A stretch of 64,000 nucleotides of DNA from Candidatus Thorarchaeota archaeon. Lineage in GTDB: Archaea > Asgardarchaeota > Thorarchaeia > Thorarchaeales > Thorarchaeaceae. Positions 19,169 to 28,130 of the stretch are shown here, in pieces (positions within the stretch are counted from its first letter, which is position 1; the number at the start of each line of letters is the position of its first letter). Both the position numbers and the translations under genes were made by a program. The notes beneath the pieces were generated by a model, which saw only the letters and a program-made list of their open reading frames with translations, searched no databases and was not told the DNA's origin. Where the stretch lies: NCBI GenBank assembly GCA_048882325.1, contig JBHLRS010000003.1:82279-146278 (forward strand), read 5' to 3'.

Positions 19169-20677
19169 ATGCCAAACAAGCTCAATATTGACACCATCAA
19201 ACTCATCCGCCTGACTGGGTTGAGAGAATCTGAGATTGATGAAGCTCGTAGACAACAGGGATCTGATTGGGATCATATCCAAGGGGCTGTTACAGAGCAC
19301 AATCGATTTATCTCAATGGGTGAGAAACACACTCGTCAGAAAGCTGTACAGGACCCGGTTCATGGGGCAATTCTCTTTGAACCATGGGAGCTAGACATCA
19401 TTTCGACTTGGGAAATGCTACGCCTTCGATACGTTCGTCAGTTAGGTCCAGCTCATCTAGTTTACCCTGGTGCGACTCACACAAGGTTCGAGCATTGTAT
19501 TGGTACAAACTTCTTGGCTCAGAAATCCATTCGTGTAGTGAACTATTGTGATGATCTGGATACAGCTTGTTTTGTCCCATTCTCTCGTCTTCTTGATGAG
19601 TATCATCAAAAACTGTTCAGAGCTGCGGCAATGCTTCACGATGTCGGTCACCCACCCACTTCCCACACTATTGAATATGCTCTAGAAGCTTGGGTCGGAC
19701 TCGATCATCTAGATCTTGGCGAGTTCTTGATACTGCACAGTAGTATCACAGATGTTCTGAAGCAGAATGACATAGACCCTGCTGATGTTGTGAATATCTT
19801 CCGAAGACGCACCAAAGATCCGGTCATGAGCCTTCTCTCAGAGTTTTTAGATCACCCTCTTGACATTGACAAGACAGACTACCTTATTAGAGATGCACAC
19901 TTCAGCGGTGTTCAACTTGGGATATTCCCTGCTGAAAGAGTGATGCTGACCAACCGTGTAGTGAGAAATCGAAAGGGCCAGTATATCCGTGCATTCATGT
20001 TGAAAGCCATCCACTCTCTGGAGGCGTTGATTCTTAGCAGGAACTGGATGTTCTCAGACCTATACCTTCATCACGCTGTAAAACTGGCGGAGGCACTAAT
20101 CTCCAAAGCGACCTATTTCAGAATGAGAGAAGAGGACCTGTCAAAGAATGAATGCATAGGTCTATTCACACGAATGACTGATGGTGACTTATTCAGATGG
20201 TTAGACGCATCTGAAATTGATTTTGTACGTGAGTATGTGTCACGAATTCGTTACAGAAAGCTGTTCAAAGTTGTACTTTCTCGTTCTCTTGCATCATTTG
20301 AGAAAGACACCCAGAAGATGTTCAAAGAAATGCTTCATAATATTCCAAAACTCATTGAGGCAGAGAACAATCTAATTGACAAAGAGGGGAGTGTCGTAAT
20401 AGATGTGGTTTCACCCCCTCTAGGCGAGAAGACCTTGGGCAAGATTCCACTTCTTGTGGGTGGTGAAAAAGGATTTGACATTGTGAGTCTTGACGAAACA
20501 AAAGAGGGACGACCTTTGATGCATGTCTTAGAACAACAGGCTCGTACAATTCCTTCCGTGAGAGTTTATGCTGATGCTAAAATCGCAGACAAGGTGAGAC
20601 GGCAATTTGACAAAGCCTACCCGGTTTCGGATACACCTCCTCACCGAGAGGAGGAATATGACCTTACGGACTACTAG
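19169..20677 (+). CDS. HD-domain dNTP triphosphohydrolase (SAMHD1/YdhJ-like)
   Basis: DPVHG, RLRYVRQLG, VYPGATHTRFEH, HDVGHPPTSH, DIDKTDYLIRD. Confidence 0.9.
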   Translation: MPNKLNIDTIKLIRLTGLRESEIDEARRQQGSDWDHIQGAVTEHNRFISMGEKHTRQKAVQDPVHGAILFEPWELDIISTWEMLRLRYVRQLGPAHLVYPGATHTRFEHCIGTNFLAQKSIRVVNYCDDLDTACFVPFSRLLDEYHQKLFRAAAMLHDVGHPPTSHTIEYALEAWVGLDHLDLGEFLILHSSITDVLKQNDIDPADVVNIFRRRTKDPVMSLLSEFLDHPLDIDKTDYLIRDAHFSGVQLGIFPAERVMLTNRVVRNRKGQYIRAFMLKAIHSLEALILSRNWMFSDLYLHHAVKLAEALISKATYFRMREEDLSKNECIGLFTRMTDGDLFRWLDASEIDFVREYVSRIRYRKLFKVVLSRSLASFEKDTQKMFKEMLHNIPKLIEAENNLIDKEGSVVIDVVSPPLGEKTLGKIPLLVGGEKGFDIVSLDETKEGRPLMHVLEQQARTIPSVRVYADAKIADKVRRQFDKAYPVSDTPPHREEEYDLTDY

Positions 20678-20682
20678 GACAT

Positions 20683-21477
20683 TCAGGTCCCGAGGATGAC
20701 GATTCTGCCCCACCCACTTATGTTCAATTGAATCTCATTCCGAAATGTATTGACGTACCCTTTTTCTATGAGGACACGTTCACCTTGATTTACCTGACGA
20801 ATCGAGTCATTCCAAAGCACAAGTTTGACTGATCCACTATCGTCTTTGAGTACAACGTCTGCAACTTTGTGTTTCTTGCCATCTTTTTTCGAGGTCACTT
20901 CTCTTGTGGGATGAATTCTCTCTATTATTCCCTCTAGCGTTATTTGCTTCATACCATCTGTTAGATGACCTATAGGAGTTGTTTCTCTCTCATAGTAAGG
21001 ATCAAGAAGTAGCTCATAAGCTCTCAGTTCAAAAGTAGGAACCCAACGCATAACGCCATACTGGACAAAACCAATCTTCTCGTAGAAGTTCTTAGTTCTG
21101 ATGTTCCAGTCTGGGGTATCAAGGGTCCATCTCTTTGCGTCTGGATACATTGATTGAACAGTTTCAAATGATTTCCTCCCTATCCTCCTCCGATGATAGT
21201 CCGGATCAATGAAGACCCCAAAGATCTCGTAATGAGTCGGACCCATTTTGATGACTCTCATTCCTCCGACTATCTTTCCGTTGTAGAGTACTTTCACATA
21301 GTCCACTTGACCCCTCAGAGTATCGCGTCTGTGCACCTCGACATCATCATAGCCGGGAGGACCGCCCTCACTAGGAGCTCCAACATCGATATCACTATCA
21401 AAAGCTCGTTTTGATATATCTGCTAGAACCTCTGCATCATCAGGAGTTGCACTAACAACTTCAATCAAGTCCGCCAT
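20683..21477 (-). CDS. GNAT acetyltransferase fused to an SSB/RPA-type OB fold
   Basis: FIDPDYHRRRIG, NFYEKIGF (GNAT); VADVVLKDDSGSVKLVLWND...GYVNTFRNEIQLNI (OB). Confidence 0.85.
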   Translation of the reverse strand: MADLIEVVSATPDDAEVLADISKRAFDSDIDVGAPSEGGPPGYDDVEVHRRDTLRGQVDYVKVLYNGKIVGGMRVIKMGPTHYEIFGVFIDPDYHRRRIGRKSFETVQSMYPDAKRWTLDTPDWNIRTKNFYEKIGFVQYGVMRWVPTFELRAYELLLDPYYERETTPIGHLTDGMKQITLEGIIERIHPTREVTSKKDGKKHKVADVVLKDDSGSVKLVLWNDSIRQVNQGERVLIEKGYVNTFRNEIQLNISGWGRIVILGT

Positions 21478-21547
21478 TTACGAACACCTGGAATCTTGCC
21501 AGATCTGGGTATGCAATAAGCGCTATTCTCGCTGATTCCGAGTGTCC

Positions 21548-22243
21548 TTAGCTTTCAATAAGATGACTGACAAGTTTCACAACCTGTTTGTACTCATACT
21601 CTATGTATACAATACCATAGATGGCCTCCACGAGGGTGCCCTTGTCATGTTCGATCTCGGACTTACTGGGGGTATCCGGATCAAAATGGATCCGGAAATC
21701 ATACAATTCCCATTTGTCACAGAGTTTGGCCATATGCTCATTGCTTACAATATCCGCCTTTCTCTGTGTGATTCTCCCTGCATCACCTAGATGTGGTTCC
21801 CATAGATGCTGCAACACAGCTGATGAAATCACTGCATCACCAACCAATGCAATTACTTTGGCCATCTCACTGAGGTTGATCATCTCCTCAAACCCATCAG
21901 AGTCTAGGGGGCTGTTCTTGCTTCTTCGGTACTGAGTTTCCAGCTCTAGGAAGATGTTCTTTGTACTTGGTTGGAACATAGCAACCTGAAAGAGCTCCTT
22001 ATGTTTGAACGTCACACCAAGTGTCCTTTCAAGATTGGGTACGAGTCTTTCTCGTATTCTATTCAGACTATCTTGGATATAGCTGAGGTCCTGTAGCCAT
22101 CTGTCCAACTTAGACAGTAGTCTTGTGTTATTATTTGGAGTTTCACGTTGGGTTTTCTGAACCGTCATGTATAGTAGGTCAAGTCGATTCTCAATTTGTA
22201 TCGGACTCCAAGAGAGCTGTGTGATTGAATTTGAGTCTTTCAA
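21548..22243 (-). CDS. RNase III-domain protein without dsRBD (Mini-III-like)
   Basis: LG..F...ELF..AM, ALVGDAV, IVSNEHMA, GTLVEAIYG. Confidence 0.8.
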   Translation of the reverse strand: MKDSNSITQLSWSPIQIENRLDLLYMTVQKTQRETPNNNTRLLSKLDRWLQDLSYIQDSLNRIRERLVPNLERTLGVTFKHKELFQVAMFQPSTKNIFLELETQYRRSKNSPLDSDGFEEMINLSEMAKVIALVGDAVISSAVLQHLWEPHLGDAGRITQRKADIVSNEHMAKLCDKWELYDFRIHFDPDTPSKSEIEHDKGTLVEAIYGIVYIEYEYKQVVKLVSHLIES

Positions 22244-22255
22244 AAAAACACCTCA

Positions 22256-23035
22256 TTAGTAATAGCTTACATCCGCATCCTCAGCATCATACGTTGAAAC
22301 ATGAAACGCTGTTGCCGAATATTCCGAAGCCAATTTGGCCATAGCCAGTGTGATAAGATGAGGTCCCAGAGTTAAGTCAAACACTAGATTGTGGGTTGGC
22401 AGATGATTAAGAATCTCGTTCTCAATGAACTCGTAGGTCTTCTGTAGATTGCCATAATCAAGTTCATCCACGCCTCCCATGACTTGTTCAGGGACTTCTT
22501 TCCACTCAGTTGTCCACACACGAAAGGCATCGTCTGGAATGAACCTGTCCATAATACGAGAAACCCCACGGGTCCAGTGAACAGCCTCGACAAAGACAAG
22601 GAGTTTCTTTGGATTGAAGTGCGGATTGTTCACTAACCATTGCACGAATGGCCGTTGATCCTCTGGATTATTCAGCGAAGTAACATACATTAGCGGTTTT
22701 GAGATTCCAAGAGCTCTACGAACCGGGTGTATTGCTCTGGGATCCAATTCAAAAAGGCGGTACTGAGATTGTTTCCAACTGACTATGATTCCAAGCTCCT
22801 CCAGACGGCGGGTGTTATGGTAAAGCTTGGGACTTGTCACCTTGACCTTTGCAATCTCTCTCTTGCTTGCACCTTCCGCGACCATTTGTGCCTTGGTGTC
22901 AGTAGTGATTTTCTCCCTGAGCTCTGCTCCTGTCATCAATCCCCCTTCAAGCTGATCGAGGATGATTCTCCTGGCCCGTACTGTTTCAATCTCTTCGCGA
23001 ATTATGTCCTCAACGGATTTCCTGAGCAACTTCAA
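22256..23035 (-). CDS. wHTH plus C-terminal CARF-like Rossmann domain regulator
   Basis: KLYHNTRRLEELGII wHTH; LMYVTSL, KKLLVFV, LVFDLTLGPH..TLAMAKLA....AFHVS. Confidence 0.6.
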   Translation of the reverse strand: MKLLRKSVEDIIREEIETVRARRIILDQLEGGLMTGAELREKITTDTKAQMVAEGASKREIAKVKVTSPKLYHNTRRLEELGIIVSWKQSQYRLFELDPRAIHPVRRALGISKPLMYVTSLNNPEDQRPFVQWLVNNPHFNPKKLLVFVEAVHWTRGVSRIMDRFIPDDAFRVWTTEWKEVPEQVMGGVDELDYGNLQKTYEFIENEILNHLPTHNLVFDLTLGPHLITLAMAKLASEYSATAFHVSTYDAEDADVSYY

Positions 23036-23083
23036 GCACCACTCGCGGATATATTATCTAGTAGTTAGATATAGGTTACTATT

Positions 23084-23201
23084 ATACTTATCGAAGATAA
23101 AGGTCTAGAAACGCCGAAAAATGGCTTGAATTAACAATGTTTTGTACATTAATTAGATACTTTTCGAAAAAATTGATACTTATCGGACGTAGCCTTAAAT
23201 A
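23084..23201. promoter_or_regulatory. Divergent promoter region with three ATACTTwTCGrA motifs and TATA-like CTTAAATA (23194-23201)
   Basis: ATACTTATCGAA 23084-23095, ATACTTTTCGAA 23157-23168, ATACTTATCGGA 23176-23187. Confidence 0.55.
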
Positions 23202-23284
23202 CAATCATCATGAACAAAATTGTAGAACAGAGTCTCATTGACTCTGAGCTGCATAACAAATCACTAAACGAGGACCGATATATA

Positions 23285-24424
23285 ATGGCTGAAGACGAGT
23301 TTCTTGGCGCAAAACCAATTGTCATCGACAATGGTACTGGTTTGAGCAAGAACGGTTACGCCGGCGAAGATCAGCCACGCAGCGTTTGGCCCACACTGAT
23401 TGGTTACCCACGTTATGAGTCAATCATGACTGACGTGGATCACTACACACGTGACTACTACATCGGTGAGGAAGCAATCAACCTCCGTGGTGTGCTCCGT
23501 CTGGTCTATCCGATCTCTCACGGAATCGTAGAAGATTGGGATGCTATTGAGAAAATATGGAGCTACACATTCTATAACGATCTCAAGGTGGACCCAAGCG
23601 AGAACCCGGTACTTCTTACTGAAGCACCATTTAACCCTAGAGAAAACAGAGAGCGCATGGCATCAGTCATGTTTGACAACTTCGGCGTTCCTGCCGTGTA
23701 CGTTGCCACACAGGCTGTATTGTCACTATACGCATCCGGTCGAACCACTGGTCTGGTCATTGACTCAGGCGATGGTGTCACCCACATAGTACCAATCTAT
23801 GAGGGCTTTTCAATCAACCACGCTATCCGAAGAATTGACCTTGCTGGTAGAGACATCACCGAGTATCTGCGCAGACTTCTCCGTCAGAGAGGCTACTCAT
23901 TCGTGAGCGGTGCAGAGAAAGAGATCGTCAGAGATGTCAAGGAGAAGCTATGTTACGTAGCTCTCGATCCCGAGAGGGAGAGGACAGTCGCTGACAAGGC
24001 CGGTGTTGACAAGCCTTACATGCTACCAGACGGTGAGGTAATCACTGTTGGAGCAGAGAGGTTCCAGGCACCCGAGCTGTTCTTCAACCCAAGTGCCATT
24101 GGTCTAGATACAATGCCACTCGACGACCACATTGTCGAGTCTATCAAGGCCTGTGACGTCGACTTGAGGCGTGATCTATACGCCAACGTCGTTCTGTCAG
24201 GCGGTTCAACAATGTTCCCAGGGCTCAAGGAGAGGCTCCACAAGGAGATCACCGAACTAGTCCCAGAGAACATCGAGGTCCGAATCATTGCTCCTCCAGA
24301 GAGACAGTATTCTGTCTGGATTGGTGGAAGCATTCTCGGCTCACTGAAGACCTTCCAGAAGATGTGGGTCTCCAAGAAGGAGTTCGAGGAAGTAGGACCT
24401 GAAGTGATACACCGCTGTATCTAG
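23285..24424 (+). CDS. Asgard actin
   Basis: [74 protein letters not shown]; ATG at 23285; C-ending codon bias suggests high expression. Confidence 0.97.
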   Translation: MAEDEFLGAKPIVIDNGTGLSKNGYAGEDQPRSVWPTLIGYPRYESIMTDVDHYTRDYYIGEEAINLRGVLRLVYPISHGIVEDWDAIEKIWSYTFYNDLKVDPSENPVLLTEAPFNPRENRERMASVMFDNFGVPAVYVATQAVLSLYASGRTTGLVIDSGDGVTHIVPIYEGFSINHAIRRIDLAGRDITEYLRRLLRQRGYSFVSGAEKEIVRDVKEKLCYVALDPERERTVADKAGVDKPYMLPDGEVITVGAERFQAPELFFNPSAIGLDTMPLDDHIVESIKACDVDLRRDLYANVVLSGGSTMFPGLKERLHKEITELVPENIEVRIIAPPERQYSVWIGGSILGSLKTFQKMWVSKKEFEEVGPEVIHRCI

Positions 24425-24443
24425 AGTTCCCTAGTTTCCGAAG
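24391..24443 (+). repeat. Direct repeat copy 1 (actin 3' end and stop region)
   Basis: 46/53 identical to 26843-26895 by manual alignment. Confidence 0.85.
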
Positions 24444-24465
24444 GTGGGCTGCAAGGCCCCCTTCG
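24439..24465 (+). terminator. Hairpin after actin followed by a pyrimidine tract
   Basis: CGAAGG(T)GGGC-TGCAAG-GCCCCCTTCG, then TATCTCTTTCTTATT. Confidence 0.6.
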
Positions 24466-24475
24466 TATCTCTTTC

Positions 24476-24982
24476 TTATTTCCGATATCTCTGTTGAATC
24501 TTGAAGATAGTAATAACAACGCAACCAATTCCCATTGAAACAAATCCGGTCAACATAACTTCAGGGAAAGGATGTAGGACTCGCACGCTCATTGTGATAG
24601 TATTGTTTCCTCCATCATCTGGTATTGCCACGACGCCATATTTTCCAGGCGGAAATTCAGTTATAGCCTGTCTGAAATAAGAGATTCCATGATATTCTAG
24701 AAGGGGATTTGTATTCATGATTGATTGTTCTTCAAGTAGCATGAAAGTATCATCAAGCGTGAGTAAGTAAAGCGAGAATTGCCTTGTTGCATTCCAGTTA
24801 TCGTTTGCTTCCAGAAGGAAAGACCCTCCTGAACCGAAGACATACCCAAAATAGACATCACTCTCAAGAGGTACTGGGGGCCCATAGACATGAATGGAAA
24901 AACCTGTGAATGAAATTGCTATCAGTGAGAACCCAATGATTAGAAACAAGAATCCAATACGTTGTTCAATCCTCATCTTCAC
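24476..24982 (-). CDS. Membrane protein with N- and C-terminal TM helices
   Basis: Two hydrophobic segments flanking a beta-rich domain; coupled to the ABC permease. Confidence 0.65.
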   Translation of the reverse strand: MKMRIEQRIGFLFLIIGFSLIAISFTGFSIHVYGPPVPLESDVYFGYVFGSGGSFLLEANDNWNATRQFSLYLLTLDDTFMLLEEQSIMNTNPLLEYHGISYFRQAITEFPPGKYGVVAIPDDGGNNTITMSVRVLHPFPEVMLTGFVSMGIGCVVITIFKIQQRYRK

Positions 24983-25788
24983 ACCTCCGCTGATTTTAGA
25001 GCTCTGTAACTAAGAAAAAGCATAGTTAAGCCGACAATGAAAGTCACAATGATAGAGAACATCACGTTGGAATACAGTTCCTGTATGTTCCCATAGACTC
25101 TCATATTCATGACCAAAATAATTGGATTGATGAATGATGTAATTCCACTTGGAAAATCAGGAGTGGCAAGAAGTAGGGACAATCCATACCAGATTCCAAT
25201 TCCTACAAGTGCTGATGGGAGCGTCTTTTTCAGAAAGACCGAGATTATGGTCATTACAGAAACCATCAGAATGATGTGTGCCCAGAATGCAAGTGATAAT
25301 GCAAACAAGGCGGATATCGAATAAACCCCAGGGATTGCTAGGTAAACTGTTAGAACTAAAGCCACAGTTGTGGTTACACCAATGATGGTTATTGGTATCA
25401 GTGTCTTGAAGAGAAGAAGCCGTCTACGTGGAATTGGATATGTTAGCATGGTCTGGAATATACCTTCTTCGAAACCTCTTGCTACATTATATGCGATTAG
25501 CAGAGGAACCAGAAAGGCAAGAACTAAGGTGACACGATATGCTGACATACCAAAGACATAGAGTGCGTGTTCCTGTACGCGATCGAAAACGAACATCATG
25601 TTTGAATATGCAAATTCAGGTTCATTGGGCCAAGTCTGTATGATATCTGCATATCTCACGGCGAGGTCCAAAGACGAAGCCACTGAAACAAACACAACGA
25701 TTGCAATGATACATTCAAGAACTGGGAACCTATAGTTCACCTCGAATTCATACTCAAGTGATGCCCTGAGATTTTTTAACTCACTCAT
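24979..25788 (-). CDS. ABC-2 type exporter permease
   Basis: About 6 TM helices; ARGFEEG.FQTMLTYPIPR motif. Confidence 0.85.
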   Translation of the reverse strand: MSELKNLRASLEYEFEVNYRFPVLECIIAIVVFVSVASSLDLAVRYADIIQTWPNEPEFAYSNMMFVFDRVQEHALYVFGMSAYRVTLVLAFLVPLLIAYNVARGFEEGIFQTMLTYPIPRRRLLLFKTLIPITIIGVTTTVALVLTVYLAIPGVYSISALFALSLAFWAHIILMVSVMTIISVFLKKTLPSALVGIGIWYGLSLLLATPDFPSGITSFINPIILVMNMRVYGNIQELYSNVMFSIIVTFIVGLTMLFLSYRALKSAEV

Positions 25789-26704
25789 CTCTCATCACCT
25801 CTCTGAATGCATCCTCTAAGGAATCTGCATTCTCGAATGCGTAAACTGTGATTCCAAGATCCTTTGCTATTCTTTGAACCTCAGCTTTACTAGCTTCAAT
25901 AGAATCTGACGCGAAACCTGCAGTGATAGTGTTGGTGCCAACAACCTTTGGAAACTGTATTCCTTCAAGACTCTCTATTGCTCTGAGGAGCTCCCTTGCA
26001 TTAGATGTGACGATTCTGAGATGATCAGCTGTGTGTTTTGCAATTGTTTCTCTTGTTTCTCCACTTGAAACATGCTTTCCCCTTTTGATGAATGCAATTG
26101 AATGGCAGGACCTTTCCACCTCAGACATGATATGGGATGAGATAAAAAATGAAACTCCTTGTTCATCATACAATTCAGTTAAGATACTCACTATGTCATC
26201 TCTACCAATTACATCAAGATTTGCTGTGGGTTCATCCAAGAATACAATCTCTGGATTTCCAACTAGCGCATGAGCAATCCCTAACCTCTGATACATACCT
26301 GCTGAGTAAGTACCAATTCTTCTATCCGCTGCATCTGTAAGATTCACTAAATCAAGTAATTTCTCTGCTGGTTTTTTCTCCCGATAGAGTCTTCCAGCCA
26401 TCTCAAGGAACTGTCTTCCTGTGATTGTTTTCGGGAGCGCTGGACGTTCATGAAGAACCCCAACCCTCGATCTAATCTCAAGAGAATCCTTTGTTACATT
26501 CAATCCTAGAACAGTTGCAGTTCCCGAGTCCGGTTTTAACAACCCTAATAGAATTCGAAGGAGCGTTGTTTTTCCTGCTCCATTCGGACCAATGATTCCT
26601 GTAATTCCTCTTGGTATTTCCAAATCTAGTCCATCTAGAGCCCTGACTGGGCCAAACGATTTGGTCAATCCAGTTATGCTTACCACTGTTTCTGATTGAA
26701 CCAT
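25781..26704 (-). CDS. ABC-2 exporter ATP-binding protein
   Basis: GPNGAGKTT, YSAGMYQR, LDEPTANLD, SSHIMSE, SLEDAF. Confidence 0.92.
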   Translation of the reverse strand: MVQSETVVSITGLTKSFGPVRALDGLDLEIPRGITGIIGPNGAGKTTLLRILLGLLKPDSGTATVLGLNVTKDSLEIRSRVGVLHERPALPKTITGRQFLEMAGRLYREKKPAEKLLDLVNLTDAADRRIGTYSAGMYQRLGIAHALVGNPEIVFLDEPTANLDVIGRDDIVSILTELYDEQGVSFFISSHIMSEVERSCHSIAFIKRGKHVSSGETRETIAKHTADHLRIVTSNARELLRAIESLEGIQFPKVVGTNTITAGFASDSIEASKAEVQRIAKDLGITVYAFENADSLEDAFREVMRDE

Positions 26705-26842
26705 TGTAAACAGCTCATTGGTGAATTGTGAACGGAAGGTTCCTTCTCTAAAAACTCGGGGAACAATCTACTGATAGAATTGGAATACATTTATAGATTT
26801 CATGTAATCAAAGGAGTTTCTATCAAGTTTTGGAATATTCCG

Positions 26843-26895
26843 AGTAGGATTCGAAGTGATACACTGCTGTGGCTAGAGTTTCCTAGTTTCCGAAG
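26843..26895 (+). repeat. Direct repeat copy 2 (degenerate actin 3' end)
   Basis: agtaggattcgaagtgatacactgctgtggctagagtttcctagtttccgaag, compared with copy 1. Confidence 0.85.
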
Positions 26896-27065
26896 AGGAT
26901 TTGCTTCCCTTTCACTCTTTTGCTTTTCTACCGTTGCAATCTCTTGTATTGCTGTACGATTTATTACTGCCCGATTTCCATGAAATGTTAGTGGTACATT
27001 CCACGAAGGGAGAAGTGGAAAATCACATCTATTGGACTCCAGAATCAGAACAATCTGGACCAACA

Positions 27066-27500
27066 ATGAATTGGTGGAGAACCATAGTCCTAGTTCTAAA
27101 TTGTGCCTTTGCTATCTGGTTCTCTGTCCTATTCGTTCAATTCATCTTTCACTTCTGGCCCAACATTATACCAGCAGCTATACTTCCTGTTCTACCTTGG
27201 CTCAGTTATCACAATAAATACAAAGAATTCGAAGAATCACATCATAAGGGTGCGACTCCTAGACTCGACATGGGACATGATTTCATTACCCTATTCTTGA
27301 ATCTGACAATTGGTGTAACTCTACTGGTTGTGATTCTGGAATTATCAACAGAACTCTATGACTATCTCTATTACTTCTGGTTCATTCTGGTGTTCATGAC
27401 GCTAGCCACCAACCTGGAAACACTTGCCTCAACCTTCGCATACATTTTGTTCACTAGAAGAAATAAGGAATCAATAGAAACACCTGACAAAAACTCTTGA
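27066..27500 (+). CDS. Small multi-pass membrane protein
   Basis: About 4 hydrophobic helices; ATG at 27066 preferred. Confidence 0.55.
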   Translation: MNWWRTIVLVLNCAFAIWFSVLFVQFIFHFWPNIIPAAILPVLPWLSYHNKYKEFEESHHKGATPRLDMGHDFITLFLNLTIGVTLLVVILELSTELYDYLYYFWFILVFMTLATNLETLASTFAYILFTRRNKESIETPDKNS

Positions 27501-27502
27501 AT

Positions 27503-28048
27503 TCACACTTCTTGGGTTTGATCCGTTCTCCACAATCTACGCAGAACCGAAATTTGCCCGATGTGCATTGCCTCATGCTCTATCAAATGAAATAGTATCC
27601 ATTCTATACTCACCTTCTCTGAATCTACATCGATTATTGAATCAAGGTTCTCATCAGATAGGGTCTTCAAGAAGTCGAACACCTCCTCGCGAACTTCCTT
27701 TAGTCGCGAGAGATAGAATTCCACACTTTCTCCCGTTATCTGGTCTATATTCTCCCTGAGAGAGAATGCATACTTCCACTTCTCATACTCCATTTCTTTT
27801 CCAGCGATATCCTCTAAGATCCAGCTGTACTCGATAGCAGCAATGTGGATTAACAGAGTCCCAATGGATTCTACCGATTTTCGATCTGGGCTAAAGTCAA
27901 GTGTTTCTTTTGAGAGAGTTTCTACTCGCCTCACTAATCTTCCTCTGGTTCTTTCTAACATTGCGTAGAATAACGCTATACGAGGCGAGAGTTCATTATC
28001 TCTCTCAAGAGTCACAATTTGTTTGGTTTCTTCGGACATATCTCTCAA
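27503..28048 (-). CDS. DinB/YfiT family protein
   Basis: SIGTLLIHIA..E, WILFHLIEHEAMHIGQI. Confidence 0.9.
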   Translation of the reverse strand: MRDMSEETKQIVTLERDNELSPRIALFYAMLERTRGRLVRRVETLSKETLDFSPDRKSVESIGTLLIHIAAIEYSWILEDIAGKEMEYEKWKYAFSLRENIDQITGESVEFYLSRLKEVREEVFDFLKTLSDENLDSIIDVDSEKVSIEWILFHLIEHEAMHIGQISVLRRLWRTDQTQEV

Positions 28049-28130
28049 TCAAATCATCGATTCTTTTGCTATCTATTTGATGGTATGTCTTAATGTACCT
28101 GCATTTACATCTTTGAAATCTTAATGTCAC

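Noticed and set aside
23210-23284. 25-aa N-terminal extension on actin
   Set aside because: ATG 23285 gives the typical acidic actin N-terminus; the upstream ATG lies too close to the TATA-like box to be transcribed
26780-27066. Short ORFs overlapping the second actin repeat
   Set aside because: They do not preserve the actin frame over any useful length; best read as intergenic scar sequence
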